Assembly (NCBI GenBank): GCA_040255165.1
Contig: JBDZUK010000001.1
Location: 101,520-165,519, forward strand
Origin: Nitrospiraceae bacterium
GTDB lineage: Bacteria; Nitrospirota; Nitrospiria; Nitrospirales; Nitrospiraceae
DNA length: 64,000 nt
Direction of reading: 5' to 3'
Shown one piece after another: positions 32,998 to 41,099 of the stretch. Positions within the stretch are counted from its first letter, which is position 1, and the number at the start of each line of letters is the position of its first letter. The notes under the pieces are model-generated. The model did no database searches and was not told the DNA's origin. It saw nothing but the letters and a program-made list of their open reading frames with translations. The position numbers were made by a program, and so were the translations under genes.

Positions 32998-34089
32998 ATG
33001 GCTCTCTGTTGCGGCATGATCGGGTTGCCGAACGTCGGGAAAACGACGGTCTTCAACGCTCTCACAGGAGGGGGGGCGTTGGCGGCGAACTATCCTTTTG
33101 CCACCGTCGATCCCAATACCGGGATCGCGTTGGTCCCTGATCCCCGTCTGCTCGTCCTGACGGACATCTTCAAGTCAAAGAAGACCACGTACAGCACACT
33201 GGAAGTCCGCGACATCGCCGGCCTGGTGGAAGGGGCGAGCAAAGGGGAAGGGTTGGGCAACCAATTTCTCGGGCACATCCGGGAAGTCGATGCGTTGCTC
33301 CACGTCGTGCGATGCTTTCAAGGCGGGGACGTCGTGCACGTAAGCGGCAGTGTGGATCCGATCCGGGACATCGGGGTGATCGAAACGGAATTGATGCTGT
33401 CGGACCTGGAAACACTGCAGCGGCGTACACAAAAAACAGAGAAAAAAGTCCGGGCCGGCGACAAGAAAGCCGGCGCCGAACTGGCGTTTCTCCAACGGCT
33501 GACGGATCTCTTGGACAAAGGTGAATGGCTGGGAAACCTGGTCTACAGCCCAGAGGAACGGGTGATGCTGCAGGAATGCCAACTGCTCGCGGCCAAGCCG
33601 GTCCTCTTCGTGGCCAATGTGGCGGAAGGGCAAGGGATAGACGATTCCATGGTGAAGACCGTGCGGGACTTTGCGGAGAAGCGAGGCGCGAGGGTCGTCA
33701 CCATTTGCGGGCAACTCGAAGCGGAACTGGCCTCCTTGCCGGAAGCCGAACGTGCCGACTTCCTCAGGGAAATGGGGCTCAGCGAATCCGGTCTCATCCG
33801 GTTGACGCGAGAGGCCTACAAGCTTTTGGATCTCATCACTTTTTTTACGGCAGGTGAAACGGAATCCCGCGCCTGGCCCATTCCGAGGGGCACCAAGGCG
33901 CCACAAGCAGCGGGGAAAATCCACTCCGATATGGAGCGAGGGTTCATCCGCGCCGAGGTCTATCACTACGACGACTTGTTGGCCTGCGGATCGGAAGCGA
34001 AGGTGAAGGAAAAAGGGCTGTTCCGGCTGGAAGGCAAAGACTACGTGATCCAAGAAGCCGATATTGTCTATTTCCGTTTCAATGTCTAG
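32998..34089 (+). CDS. ychF: ribosome-binding ATPase YchF
   Basis: It has the G1 motif GLPNVGKTT, NYPFATVDPN, and a C-terminal TGS-like region (RAWPIPRGTKAPQAAGKIHSDMERGFIRAEV). Confidence 0.93.
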   Translation: MALCCGMIGLPNVGKTTVFNALTGGGALAANYPFATVDPNTGIALVPDPRLLVLTDIFKSKKTTYSTLEVRDIAGLVEGASKGEGLGNQFLGHIREVDALLHVVRCFQGGDVVHVSGSVDPIRDIGVIETELMLSDLETLQRRTQKTEKKVRAGDKKAGAELAFLQRLTDLLDKGEWLGNLVYSPEERVMLQECQLLAAKPVLFVANVAEGQGIDDSMVKTVRDFAEKRGARVVTICGQLEAELASLPEAERADFLREMGLSESGLIRLTREAYKLLDLITFFTAGETESRAWPIPRGTKAPQAAGKIHSDMERGFIRAEVYHYDDLLACGSEAKVKEKGLFRLEGKDYVIQEADIVYFRFNV

Positions 34090-34160
34090 CAGGCTGCTGT
34101 GAAAACGAGCCTTCCCTTACCGTCATACATAAATTTCGTTCAATTGCCGGAATGCCGAGC

Positions 34161-34781
34161 TCAACTCAAACGGAGTCTATTTTCACGCTCAACTTGAGCA
34201 GAGAGTGGCAATAGGTTTGACGCTCGAATGTCGGCTTTGAGTGTTGCCTGCATGTGGGCAAGGGCTGCCTCGTTCGCGCTGGGATCGAGCGAGACGGTGC
34301 AGTCGGCTGGGACGCAAACCTCAAACTCGCGCATGTACGCGTCCGCGGCGGTGTAGAGGACGCAATTGTTCCCGGCCACGCCGGTCAGGATCAGGCGTCG
34401 GGCACCGAGGAAGCTCAAGAGCAGCTCCAGCGGCGTCGCGAAAAAGCCGGAGTGCTTCGGTTTGAGGACGAAATAGTCGTCCTCGCCGGGGCTGAGCAAC
34501 TCGGCGATCCGTCTGCCGCGACAGTGCTCTTCCAGGCAGCGCGCCACCAGTCTTCTGAAATCGGATTGCCACTTCCCAAAATTGTCGTTCACGTAGATGA
34601 CCGGCAGGCGCGCCTGGTTCATCCGCCGCTTGAGCTTCGCGATGCGCTCCGCCGCTTGCTCGACGGCAGGAAATAGAGCCTGCGCCCTGTCGAAGGCAAA
34701 TTCATTCATCATGTCGATGATCAGCAGACAGCTGTTGTGTGCTTCTGGAGCGAGGCCTTCGGGGTGGAGCGACGTCGGCAT
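34161..34781 (-). CDS. isochorismatase-family cysteine hydrolase
   Basis: I used the ATG at 34781; the track start at 34922 would overlap the upstream gene. The candidate D-K-C triad is LLIIDMMNEF, LKPKHSGFF and TGVAGNNCVLYTA. Confidence 0.75.
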   Translation of the reverse strand: MPTSLHPEGLAPEAHNSCLLIIDMMNEFAFDRAQALFPAVEQAAERIAKLKRRMNQARLPVIYVNDNFGKWQSDFRRLVARCLEEHCRGRRIAELLSPGEDDYFVLKPKHSGFFATPLELLLSFLGARRLILTGVAGNNCVLYTAADAYMREFEVCVPADCTVSLDPSANEAALAHMQATLKADIRASNLLPLSAQVERENRLRLS

Positions 34782-34791
34782 GCCGGCTGGC

Positions 34792-35433
34792 TTAAGCGGC
34801 CGAGGCGAGAAGATGCCGCCTGACCTGCTGCAGGTCCTCGACGAAACGCCGGTACTCGTGCTCTTGCTGTTCCGGCTCTGGAAGACGGTACACGGCCGAG
34901 GGGTGGATGGTGACGAACACATCGGACGCGAGCGAGCTCTCTACCGCCCGGCCCCTGAGTTCGTGCAAGCGAACAACCCTGCCGAACACCGATCGGGCGG
35001 CCGTGGCGCCCAGGCAGACGACGATGCAAGGCTGAATCATTTGGAGCTCGGCCTCGAGCCACGGGCGGCAGGCGGCAATCTCTGCAGCCGAGGGTTTCTT
35101 ATGCCTGCGGCGTTTGCCGTGCGGCTCCCATTTGAAATGCTTCACGGCGTTCGTGATGTAGACGTCGTCCCGCGGAATGCCGGCTTCGACGAGCGCTTTG
35201 TCCAGCAGTCTTCCGGCCGGTCCGACAAAGGGATGGCCCGTTTTGTCTTCCTGATCGCCCGGCTGCTCCCCGACGAACACGATCTTGGCATGGTGCGCGC
35301 CCTCCCCGAACACGGTTTGAGTCGCACGCTGGTAGAGATCGCACCCGGTGCAAGACTCGGCGGCCTGGTGCAGCGCGGGCCACGTCAGGTGAGCGGGAAG
35401 GAATTGGGCGGCGGATCGGGTAAGGCGTCGCAT
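34792..35433 (-). CDS. udgX: UdgX-type family 4 uracil-DNA glycosylase-like protein (uracil-DNA crosslinking type)
   Basis: It has Fe-S cysteines (C-x2-C, ACRPW, PCIVVC), the motif A variant VGEQPG followed by PFVGPAGRLLD, NAVKHFKW...GKRRRHKKPS (a KRR-x-H loop), and motif B IHPSAV. It is about 210 aa, like mycobacterial UdgX. Confidence 0.8.
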   Translation of the reverse strand: MRRLTRSAAQFLPAHLTWPALHQAAESCTGCDLYQRATQTVFGEGAHHAKIVFVGEQPGDQEDKTGHPFVGPAGRLLDKALVEAGIPRDDVYITNAVKHFKWEPHGKRRRHKKPSAAEIAACRPWLEAELQMIQPCIVVCLGATAARSVFGRVVRLHELRGRAVESSLASDVFVTIHPSAVYRLPEPEQQEHEYRRFVEDLQQVRRHLLASAA

Positions 35434-38400
35434 ATATCACCATACCATGGGCGGTCCTGCCCGTGTGCAGGGTCCGTTGGCTCCGGTTCGAGCAGCCGCA
35501 AATCAGTCACCGTCAATGTCGCGACGCCGAATTGTTCCTCCACGAGACCACGCACGACATAGGGACGGTCGGGCGACAAGAGTTGATGGCAGCGGCGGTA
35601 GACGTCGGGGAAGAGCGTGGCGTCATACAGCGCCGTTACATCCTCGAGCGTGACGAATTCCATTGCCAGCCCGTCCTTGGTTTCCACCGGCTTTTCCGTC
35701 ACCAACCAGCCGACCATCGTGATGTGCCGGCCGATGAAACCGGACATCCTCGTCGCCGGCACGGGCTTGAGTCGTGCGATCTGCCGCTCGTACAGTGCCA
35801 GGGGATGGCGACTGGCGAGAAAGCCGAACGACTCGAACTCGTGCGCCAACTTGTGCGCGGGAGCGTACTCATCCGGAATCGGCAAGGGACCTGTGTCGGA
35901 ACGGCGGCCCGCATACAGCCGCCACAGTAAGCCGGGCCTTGTGAGCTCTCCTGCCAGGGAATCGCAGCAGCCGGCGCGAATCAGCGCCCGGGCTTGCGTC
36001 GGCTCAGGTTCCACGCGATCCAGAAACTCCCGAAACGATCGGTAGGGGCCGGCTTTCGCCCGTTCTGCCACGATCCGCGCGCCGAGGTCTTTTGTGAGCG
36101 TCTTCACCTGCATCAATCCCGTGCGGAGCCGATCTCCCTCGCCGCGATAGGCCCAGTCGCTCGCGTTCACGTCCGGGGGGAGAATCGCGAGCCCCATCCG
36201 CCGTGCCTCCGAGAGATACGCGAAGGTCGAATAGAAACCGCCTTGATTGCTGATCACGGCCGCCATGAATTCCGCCGGGTAATGGGCCCGCAGGTAGGCG
36301 GATTTGAACGACACCTGCGCGTAGCTGGCCGAATGGGGCTTGCAGAAACTGTAGCCCGCGAAGCTCATGATCATGGTCCAAATTTTCCGGATGTTGTCCG
36401 GTGACACGCCGTTCCGCGCCGCTCCCCGGCAAAATTGCTCGTAATAATCCCGGAGCTGCCGCTCCTTGTGCTTCTTGCTGATGACTTTCCGGAGCTGATC
36501 CGCGTCTTCCACGGAAAAGTCGGCGAGCGCCATCGCCACTTTCGTCACGTCCTCCTGATACACCATGATGCCGTGTGTTTCTTCGAGAATGCGTTCCATG
36601 CGAGGGTGCAGCGGCGTGTGAGGCTCGCCGTGCGCCCGCCGGATGAAATCATTCACGAACGTAATGGCGGCGGGACGGACGAGCGAGGAGACCATGACGA
36701 GATACTCGAAGACGTCGGCCTGCGCGCGCCGGTCCTCCGGCATGCCGCCCCAAAGTTTTTTCAGCAGAAGCCTCGTCGCGGGCGATTCGACGTAGAAACA
36801 GCCGATCGTGTCGCCGCGCCGGATCACATCCTGCGTGGCGGCATCGTCCAGCGGATCCCACGTTTCATAATCGATCTCCCGGCCGGTGTGCCGGGCGACG
36901 GCGGCCAAGGCATCCCGGATCACGGCGAGCGACCGGTTGCCCAACAGGTCGATCTTGACGAGGCCCGCCTCTTCCGTCTGGTCCTTCTCCCACTGGATGA
37001 CCGGCAAGCCTTTCGCCGTGAACTCGACCGGGACGTACCGCCGGATCTCGTCCGGCACGATCACGACGCCGCCGCAATGCATCGAGAGATGGCGAAAATG
37101 GTTCTGCGCCCGGAGGGCCAGGCGGAGAATCTCGGGCCAGGGCGCTCTCAATCGAAGCGATCGCGAGAGGCGGTCGAGCCATTGCTCGGCGGTCGGGGGG
37201 GCGGTGAATCCCAGCATGTCTTTCCGACGCATGATGCGCGACGACATCGTGCCGATTTCCGCGGCCGGCAGGCCATAGACCTTCGCCGTTTCACGGATGG
37301 CCGCGCGAAAGCCGAGACTGTTCTGGTTCGCCACCATCGCCGCCTGCGTGCCGCCGTAGCGCTCGAACACCCAGTCGAGAATCGGATCGCGCTCGTCCCA
37401 GGGAAAATCGATGTCGATGTCCGGGGGATCTTTCCGGCCGGGATTGAGAAAGCGTTCGAAGAACAAATGATGTTTCATCGGGTCCACGTGGGTGATCTTC
37501 AACGCATAGGACACGATCGAAGCGGCGACCGAGCCGCGGCCGCACGTGCGCGGCGCCTGGCGGACGATTTCCTCCACCACGAGAAAGTAATGGGCGAAAC
37601 TCTTCTGGCGAATAACGGTCAGCTCCTTTTCGATCCGCTCGCGGATCTTCGGCGAGAGCACGCCGTAACGTTGGCGCGCTCCGTCGTAGGTTTTGGTCTT
37701 GAGCAGGGTGAAGGCCTCCTCGTCCGACAATCGGCGGAAGGCGGGGAAAATCGTGTCCCGAAAGCTCCAGTCGGTGCGGCAGGCCTCGGCGATGCGGAGA
37801 GTATTCTCCAACGCCTCGGGCACATGAGGCAGATGCGCGGCCATGAAGGCGGGAGGCATGAGCCATTGGCCGGGATCGCAACAGGCCTGTGCCGACAGCC
37901 GCGAGAGCGTCGTGTTGAGCGCAATTGCGCGCAGCAGGCGATGGGTCGCAAAATCACTCCGCGTCCTGAAATACACCCGATTGGTGGCGACGGGCGGCAG
38001 GCCGGTGCGGCGACTGAGCAGCAGGGCATCATGCATCGCAGGCCCCGGCGTCAGCTCGACGTAGAGGTCCTGCGTCGATACGCGGCACCAGGCAGACAAG
38101 GCGCGCTCGTCGTCGGTGAAGAGAATGAGCCCGTGGCGATAACGGGCGACGGCCGCGATGAAGTCGAACGAGGCCTCGCAATGCCGTTCAGACAAAAGGC
38201 GGCAGAGGTTCGCGTAGCCGTCCGGTGTTTTGACGAGCAATACGGCTCGATGGTGGTCGGTCGTCAGCTCGGCACCGAGAATCGGTTTCAGACGATGCCG
38301 GCGGGCTTCCTCCAGGAACCGGATGGCTCCGTAGAGCCCGTTCGTGTCGGTGAGCGCCAAGCTCGGCATGCCCTGATGCCGCGCCGTCTCGCACAATTCG

Positions 38401-38474
38401 GCGAGCGATGAGACCCCGCGCATGGGGGAGTGCTCCGAATGCACGTGCAGATGCACGAACGGTTGAGCCGTCAT
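35385..38474 (-). CDS. dnaE2: error-prone DNA polymerase DnaE2 (ImuC)
   Basis: It has a PHP domain N-terminus (FVHLHVHSEHSPMRGVSS), a Pol IIIalpha core, and an OB fold. It is about 1029 aa, shorter than DnaE1. It lies directly downstream of the imuB-like gene and overlaps it by 4 nt. Confidence 0.92.
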   Translation of the reverse strand: MTAQPFVHLHVHSEHSPMRGVSSLAELCETARHQGMPSLALTDTNGLYGAIRFLEEARRHRLKPILGAELTTDHHRAVLLVKTPDGYANLCRLLSERHCEASFDFIAAVARYRHGLILFTDDERALSAWCRVSTQDLYVELTPGPAMHDALLLSRRTGLPPVATNRVYFRTRSDFATHRLLRAIALNTTLSRLSAQACCDPGQWLMPPAFMAAHLPHVPEALENTLRIAEACRTDWSFRDTIFPAFRRLSDEEAFTLLKTKTYDGARQRYGVLSPKIRERIEKELTVIRQKSFAHYFLVVEEIVRQAPRTCGRGSVAASIVSYALKITHVDPMKHHLFFERFLNPGRKDPPDIDIDFPWDERDPILDWVFERYGGTQAAMVANQNSLGFRAAIRETAKVYGLPAAEIGTMSSRIMRRKDMLGFTAPPTAEQWLDRLSRSLRLRAPWPEILRLALRAQNHFRHLSMHCGGVVIVPDEIRRYVPVEFTAKGLPVIQWEKDQTEEAGLVKIDLLGNRSLAVIRDALAAVARHTGREIDYETWDPLDDAATQDVIRRGDTIGCFYVESPATRLLLKKLWGGMPEDRRAQADVFEYLVMVSSLVRPAAITFVNDFIRRAHGEPHTPLHPRMERILEETHGIMVYQEDVTKVAMALADFSVEDADQLRKVISKKHKERQLRDYYEQFCRGAARNGVSPDNIRKIWTMIMSFAGYSFCKPHSASYAQVSFKSAYLRAHYPAEFMAAVISNQGGFYSTFAYLSEARRMGLAILPPDVNASDWAYRGEGDRLRTGLMQVKTLTKDLGARIVAERAKAGPYRSFREFLDRVEPEPTQARALIRAGCCDSLAGELTRPGLLWRLYAGRRSDTGPLPIPDEYAPAHKLAHEFESFGFLASRHPLALYERQIARLKPVPATRMSGFIGRHITMVGWLVTEKPVETKDGLAMEFVTLEDVTALYDATLFPDVYRRCHQLLSPDRPYVVRGLVEEQFGVATLTVTDLRLLEPEPTDPAHGQDRPWYGDICDALPDPPPNSFPLT

Positions 38475-39652
38475 CGCAAGGTCCTTCCCCAGGACGCCGC
38501 CTGCGCGCCGAACTTGTCGCGAATGCGATCCAACGCCAGAGAGAGCCGGTGCGGTCGCGGCGGCGTTTCGGAATCAGGTTCGTCGAAGAGCGACAGTTGT
38601 TCGGCGGGCGGCTCCAGCCGATCCGCACGGAGCGTCACACGCGAGAGGCAGACCCGTCGTCGGAAACAACGGAAGAACAGGTGCGCGAGCACCGGCTGGA
38701 GATCGGCCTCCCAGTAGGTGCCGCGCGGTAACATCTGCCGCGCCGCCTGTTCGACATGATCGCTGTGCCGGACGGCGAGCGCGAGGCGGCGGCATACCCG
38801 TCGTCGCCGTCGCAGGGTCGCGCAGAGCTGCTCCAGCAATCCGTAGAGCCGGCCCAGCAGGAGTTGATCGTCCACTTCATCCGGGTCCAGCACGAGCGAC
38901 CGTTCCAACGACGGCTGCGCGATCGGCGGGCGGACGGGAGAAGGGTCGATCCCCAAGGCCCAGTCATGCAGCATGCCGGCCGGGGCGCCGAGGGCCGATT
39001 CGAGATGCGCCAACGACACGGACGCGATCGCGCCGAGCGTGCGCAGGTTCAAATCCTCCAGCCGCAGCAACACCTGCGACGCCTGGGTCCGATGGAGGCC
39101 GGGAAGCAGGGTGGTCGGCAAGGGGAAGAGAAACGGCCGTTCGGAACCCGGATGGATCGAAAGCAATTGAGGCGGCCGTGTGAGCGTCGTGGCGGCAAGC
39201 TGCGAGACGAGCTTGTTTCGAGCCAGTCCGATGACGCTGGTCAAGCCTTGCCGGTGCGTGACCTCGCGACTGATTCGTGACGCCGTGTCCAGGGGCGGGC
39301 CGAAGAGGCGGGCTGTGCCGGTCAAGTCGAGGAAGAGGGAGCCGAGCCGGATCGGCTCCCAGGCCGGCGCAAATGGCGCAATCGTCTTGTGCAACTCGCG
39401 ATGCGCCGCCTGCAGCCGTGACGAATCCGGCGGCACCAGCCGCAAGCCCGGGCACAAGCGCCGCGCCAGCTCGACCGACATGCCGGGCGCCACGCCTTCC
39501 TCCGACGCCTCATGCGAAACTTCCTGCACAAGCGCGCGCACAGTATGCACCGGCGCGATGGCCACCGGCCGTGCCCGCAACGAAGCATCGCTCAACCGCG
39601 CGAGCGCGACCCCAAAAGAAGGCACCTGCACACACACAATTTGCCGATCCAT
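38471..39652 (-). CDS. imuB: ImuB, a catalytically inactive Y-family polymerase-like protein
   Basis: It has a Y-family fold (GVAPGMSVELARRLCPGL, LFLDLTGTARLFG) but lacks the catalytic acids: VQVPSF replaces D-x-D-x-F and there is no SIDE motif. It forms an ATGA overlap with dnaE2. Confidence 0.8.
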   Translation of the reverse strand: MDRQIVCVQVPSFGVALARLSDASLRARPVAIAPVHTVRALVQEVSHEASEEGVAPGMSVELARRLCPGLRLVPPDSSRLQAAHRELHKTIAPFAPAWEPIRLGSLFLDLTGTARLFGPPLDTASRISREVTHRQGLTSVIGLARNKLVSQLAATTLTRPPQLLSIHPGSERPFLFPLPTTLLPGLHRTQASQVLLRLEDLNLRTLGAIASVSLAHLESALGAPAGMLHDWALGIDPSPVRPPIAQPSLERSLVLDPDEVDDQLLLGRLYGLLEQLCATLRRRRRVCRRLALAVRHSDHVEQAARQMLPRGTYWEADLQPVLAHLFFRCFRRRVCLSRVTLRADRLEPPAEQLSLFDEPDSETPPRPHRLSLALDRIRDKFGAQAASWGRTLR

Positions 39653-39665
39653 CGTTCACGCTCAC

Positions 39666-39682
39666 TGTATCCAATGGTTACA
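39666..39682. promoter_or_regulatory. 17-bp imperfect palindrome, a candidate repressor (LexA-like) operator over the imuB promoter
   Basis: TGTATCCAATGGTTACA matches its own reverse complement at 14 of 17 positions. It starts 14 nt upstream of the imuB ATG and overlaps the -10 position of a minus-strand TTGACA (39703-39698), 17-nt spacer, TAACCA. Confidence 0.3.
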
Positions 39683-39864
39683 AAGAGGCGCGGACGGTGT
39701 CAACGGCGTGGAATCCCTTAGAGTGGGCTACATTAAATAGGGAAGAGAGAAGACGTGGGATTCAGAAAAGAAGAAAGAAAGACGGCGGAAGAGTGGGCCT
39801 GCCTGCTCAGCGCTCCGGATCGGCCACACTACGCTCCGTGGATGCTCGGTGGGTAGACTAGAAC

Positions 39865-40551
39865 CTATCTCAATTGTTTGAGCAGCATGGTGATAAAGAC
39901 GAGCTGCCCAAACCCCAGGAAGTTGGCGGCGTAGTATTCCCAGCGGATCAGCAGACGCCGCTTCCATTGAGCCAGGCAAAGAACCGCTCCACCAGCCAGC
40001 GGCGTTGGTAGCGTCGCAGGTGGCGGCCCTCTGGGGTCTTGAGTTTGCGGCTGGACCGGTGCGGCGCGATCAGGTTGACACCGTCCTGCTTGAGGTCGTC
40101 ATCGAGCCCATCGCAGTCATAGGCGCGGTCGCCGATAAGATACTCGAGCTTGGTTTCCAGCATGTAGAAGTCGAAACTGAGTTGCACCAACGTGACCTCA
40201 TGATGATTCGCGGCATGTGTACTCACGGAGAGGGGTGGCGATCCACAATCGCCAGGATCTCCACGCCTTTGCCCCGGCGGGTAGGGCCGATGCCACCTCG
40301 CGTTCACACTACTGAAACCGGCGATGCACCGTCTTGTAGTTGGGATAGCACTGGGGCAGCATGTGCCACTGCACGCCGGTGTTCAAAATCCACAGCACGG
40401 CCCCCAAGACAGCGCGCGCCGGCACGGGCTCCGGGTCGCCCTTCGGAGATGTGTTCCTCGGGAAAATGCTCCCGGGCTGGAGCTCAATAGTGAAACGTCT
40501 GACAGTACCCCCGTTTGCTGCAATCGAAGATCGCAGCGGAGAGAATCCCAA
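39865..40551 (-). pseudogene. decayed IS5-family transposase (DUF4096 N-terminus plus DDE C-terminus)
   Basis: The N-terminal fragment reads AVLWILNTGVQWHMLPQCYPNYKTVHRRFQ. The C-terminal fragment reads LIGDRAYDCDGLDDDLKQDGVNLIAPHRSSRK...RRYQRRWLVERFFAWL. The tail RRLLIRWEYYAANFLGFGQLVFITMLLKQLR is readable only after a frameshift near 39965. GKGVEILAIVDRH is readable only after another shift near 40260. About 50 central residues appear to be missing. Confidence 0.7.
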
Positions 40552-40637
40552 AAGGCTTCCACCCCAGAGCGCCGTGGATGGGTGTCGCGGTAGGCGCGGG
40601 AGCGGCTGAGCCTGGCAGGCCCGCTCCCTTCCGTTTG

Positions 40638-40667
40638 TTGACAGCTTCTTTTCCCCTGTGTTAGCTT
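40638..40667 (+). promoter_or_regulatory. sigma70-like promoter upstream of rpsF
   Basis: TTGACA (40638-40643), then TG-n-TAGCTT or TTAGCT after a 17-18-nt spacer. The -10 element is weak. Confidence 0.3.
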
Positions 40668-40748
40668 CCCCTGCTCACGCCGGATTTTGGCGTGCCTACA
40701 CCTCGCTCCGGCCTTTGAGCCGGGGCCTTTGTCCAGGAGGATCGCTGC

Positions 40749-41099
40749 ATGGAGCTCTACGAGTCTCTGTTCATTATTCGTCCGTCTTTATCCGATGAGG
40801 AAACCAACGCGCTCATTGACAAAATGAAGGGCGTGGCCGAGAAAGCCGGCGCCCAGTTCATCAAAGCCGAAAACTGGGGCCGGAAGAAGCTGGCCTACGA
40901 AGTGAAGCGGGAACGGAAGGGGACGTACGCGTTCTTCTATTTCAGGGCCCCGAACAACACAGTGGGCGAGCTGGAGCGGTCCTATCGATTGGAAGATTCC
41001 GTCATCAAGTTCCTGACCGTGCATCTTGAAAAAGAGCCGGTGCCTCGCGGCGTCGCCGCGGCGGCTGCCGCTCCGGAGTCGGACAGTGGCCGGGTTTAA
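40749..41099 (+). CDS. rpsF: ribosomal protein S6
   Basis: The start is MELYESLFIIRPSLSDEE, and the motif NWGRKKLAYEV is present. Confidence 0.93.
   Translation: MELYESLFIIRPSLSDEETNALIDKMKGVAEKAGAQFIKAENWGRKKLAYEVKRERKGTYAFFYFRAPNNTVGELERSYRLEDSVIKFLTVHLEKEPVPRGVAAAAAAPESDSGRV

Noticed and set aside
36435-38411. A 658-aa plus-strand ORF antisense to dnaE2, along with similar long antisense ORFs at 15047-16306, 20754-21944, 28165-29595, 47035-48084, 52311-53693, 60454-61458 and others.
   Set aside because: All are opposite confidently identified genes, are low-complexity and Arg/Gly/Pro/His-rich, and show no recognisable domains. I treat them as high-GC artefacts.
40598-40628. A GGGAGCGG-N15-CCGCTCCC hairpin followed by TTCCGTTTGTTG, between the IS remnant and the rpsF promoter. 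It could be a terminator.
   Set aside because: No plus-strand gene ends upstream of it, and the T-tract is interrupted. It may be an IS-end or insulator structure, but I cannot support a call.
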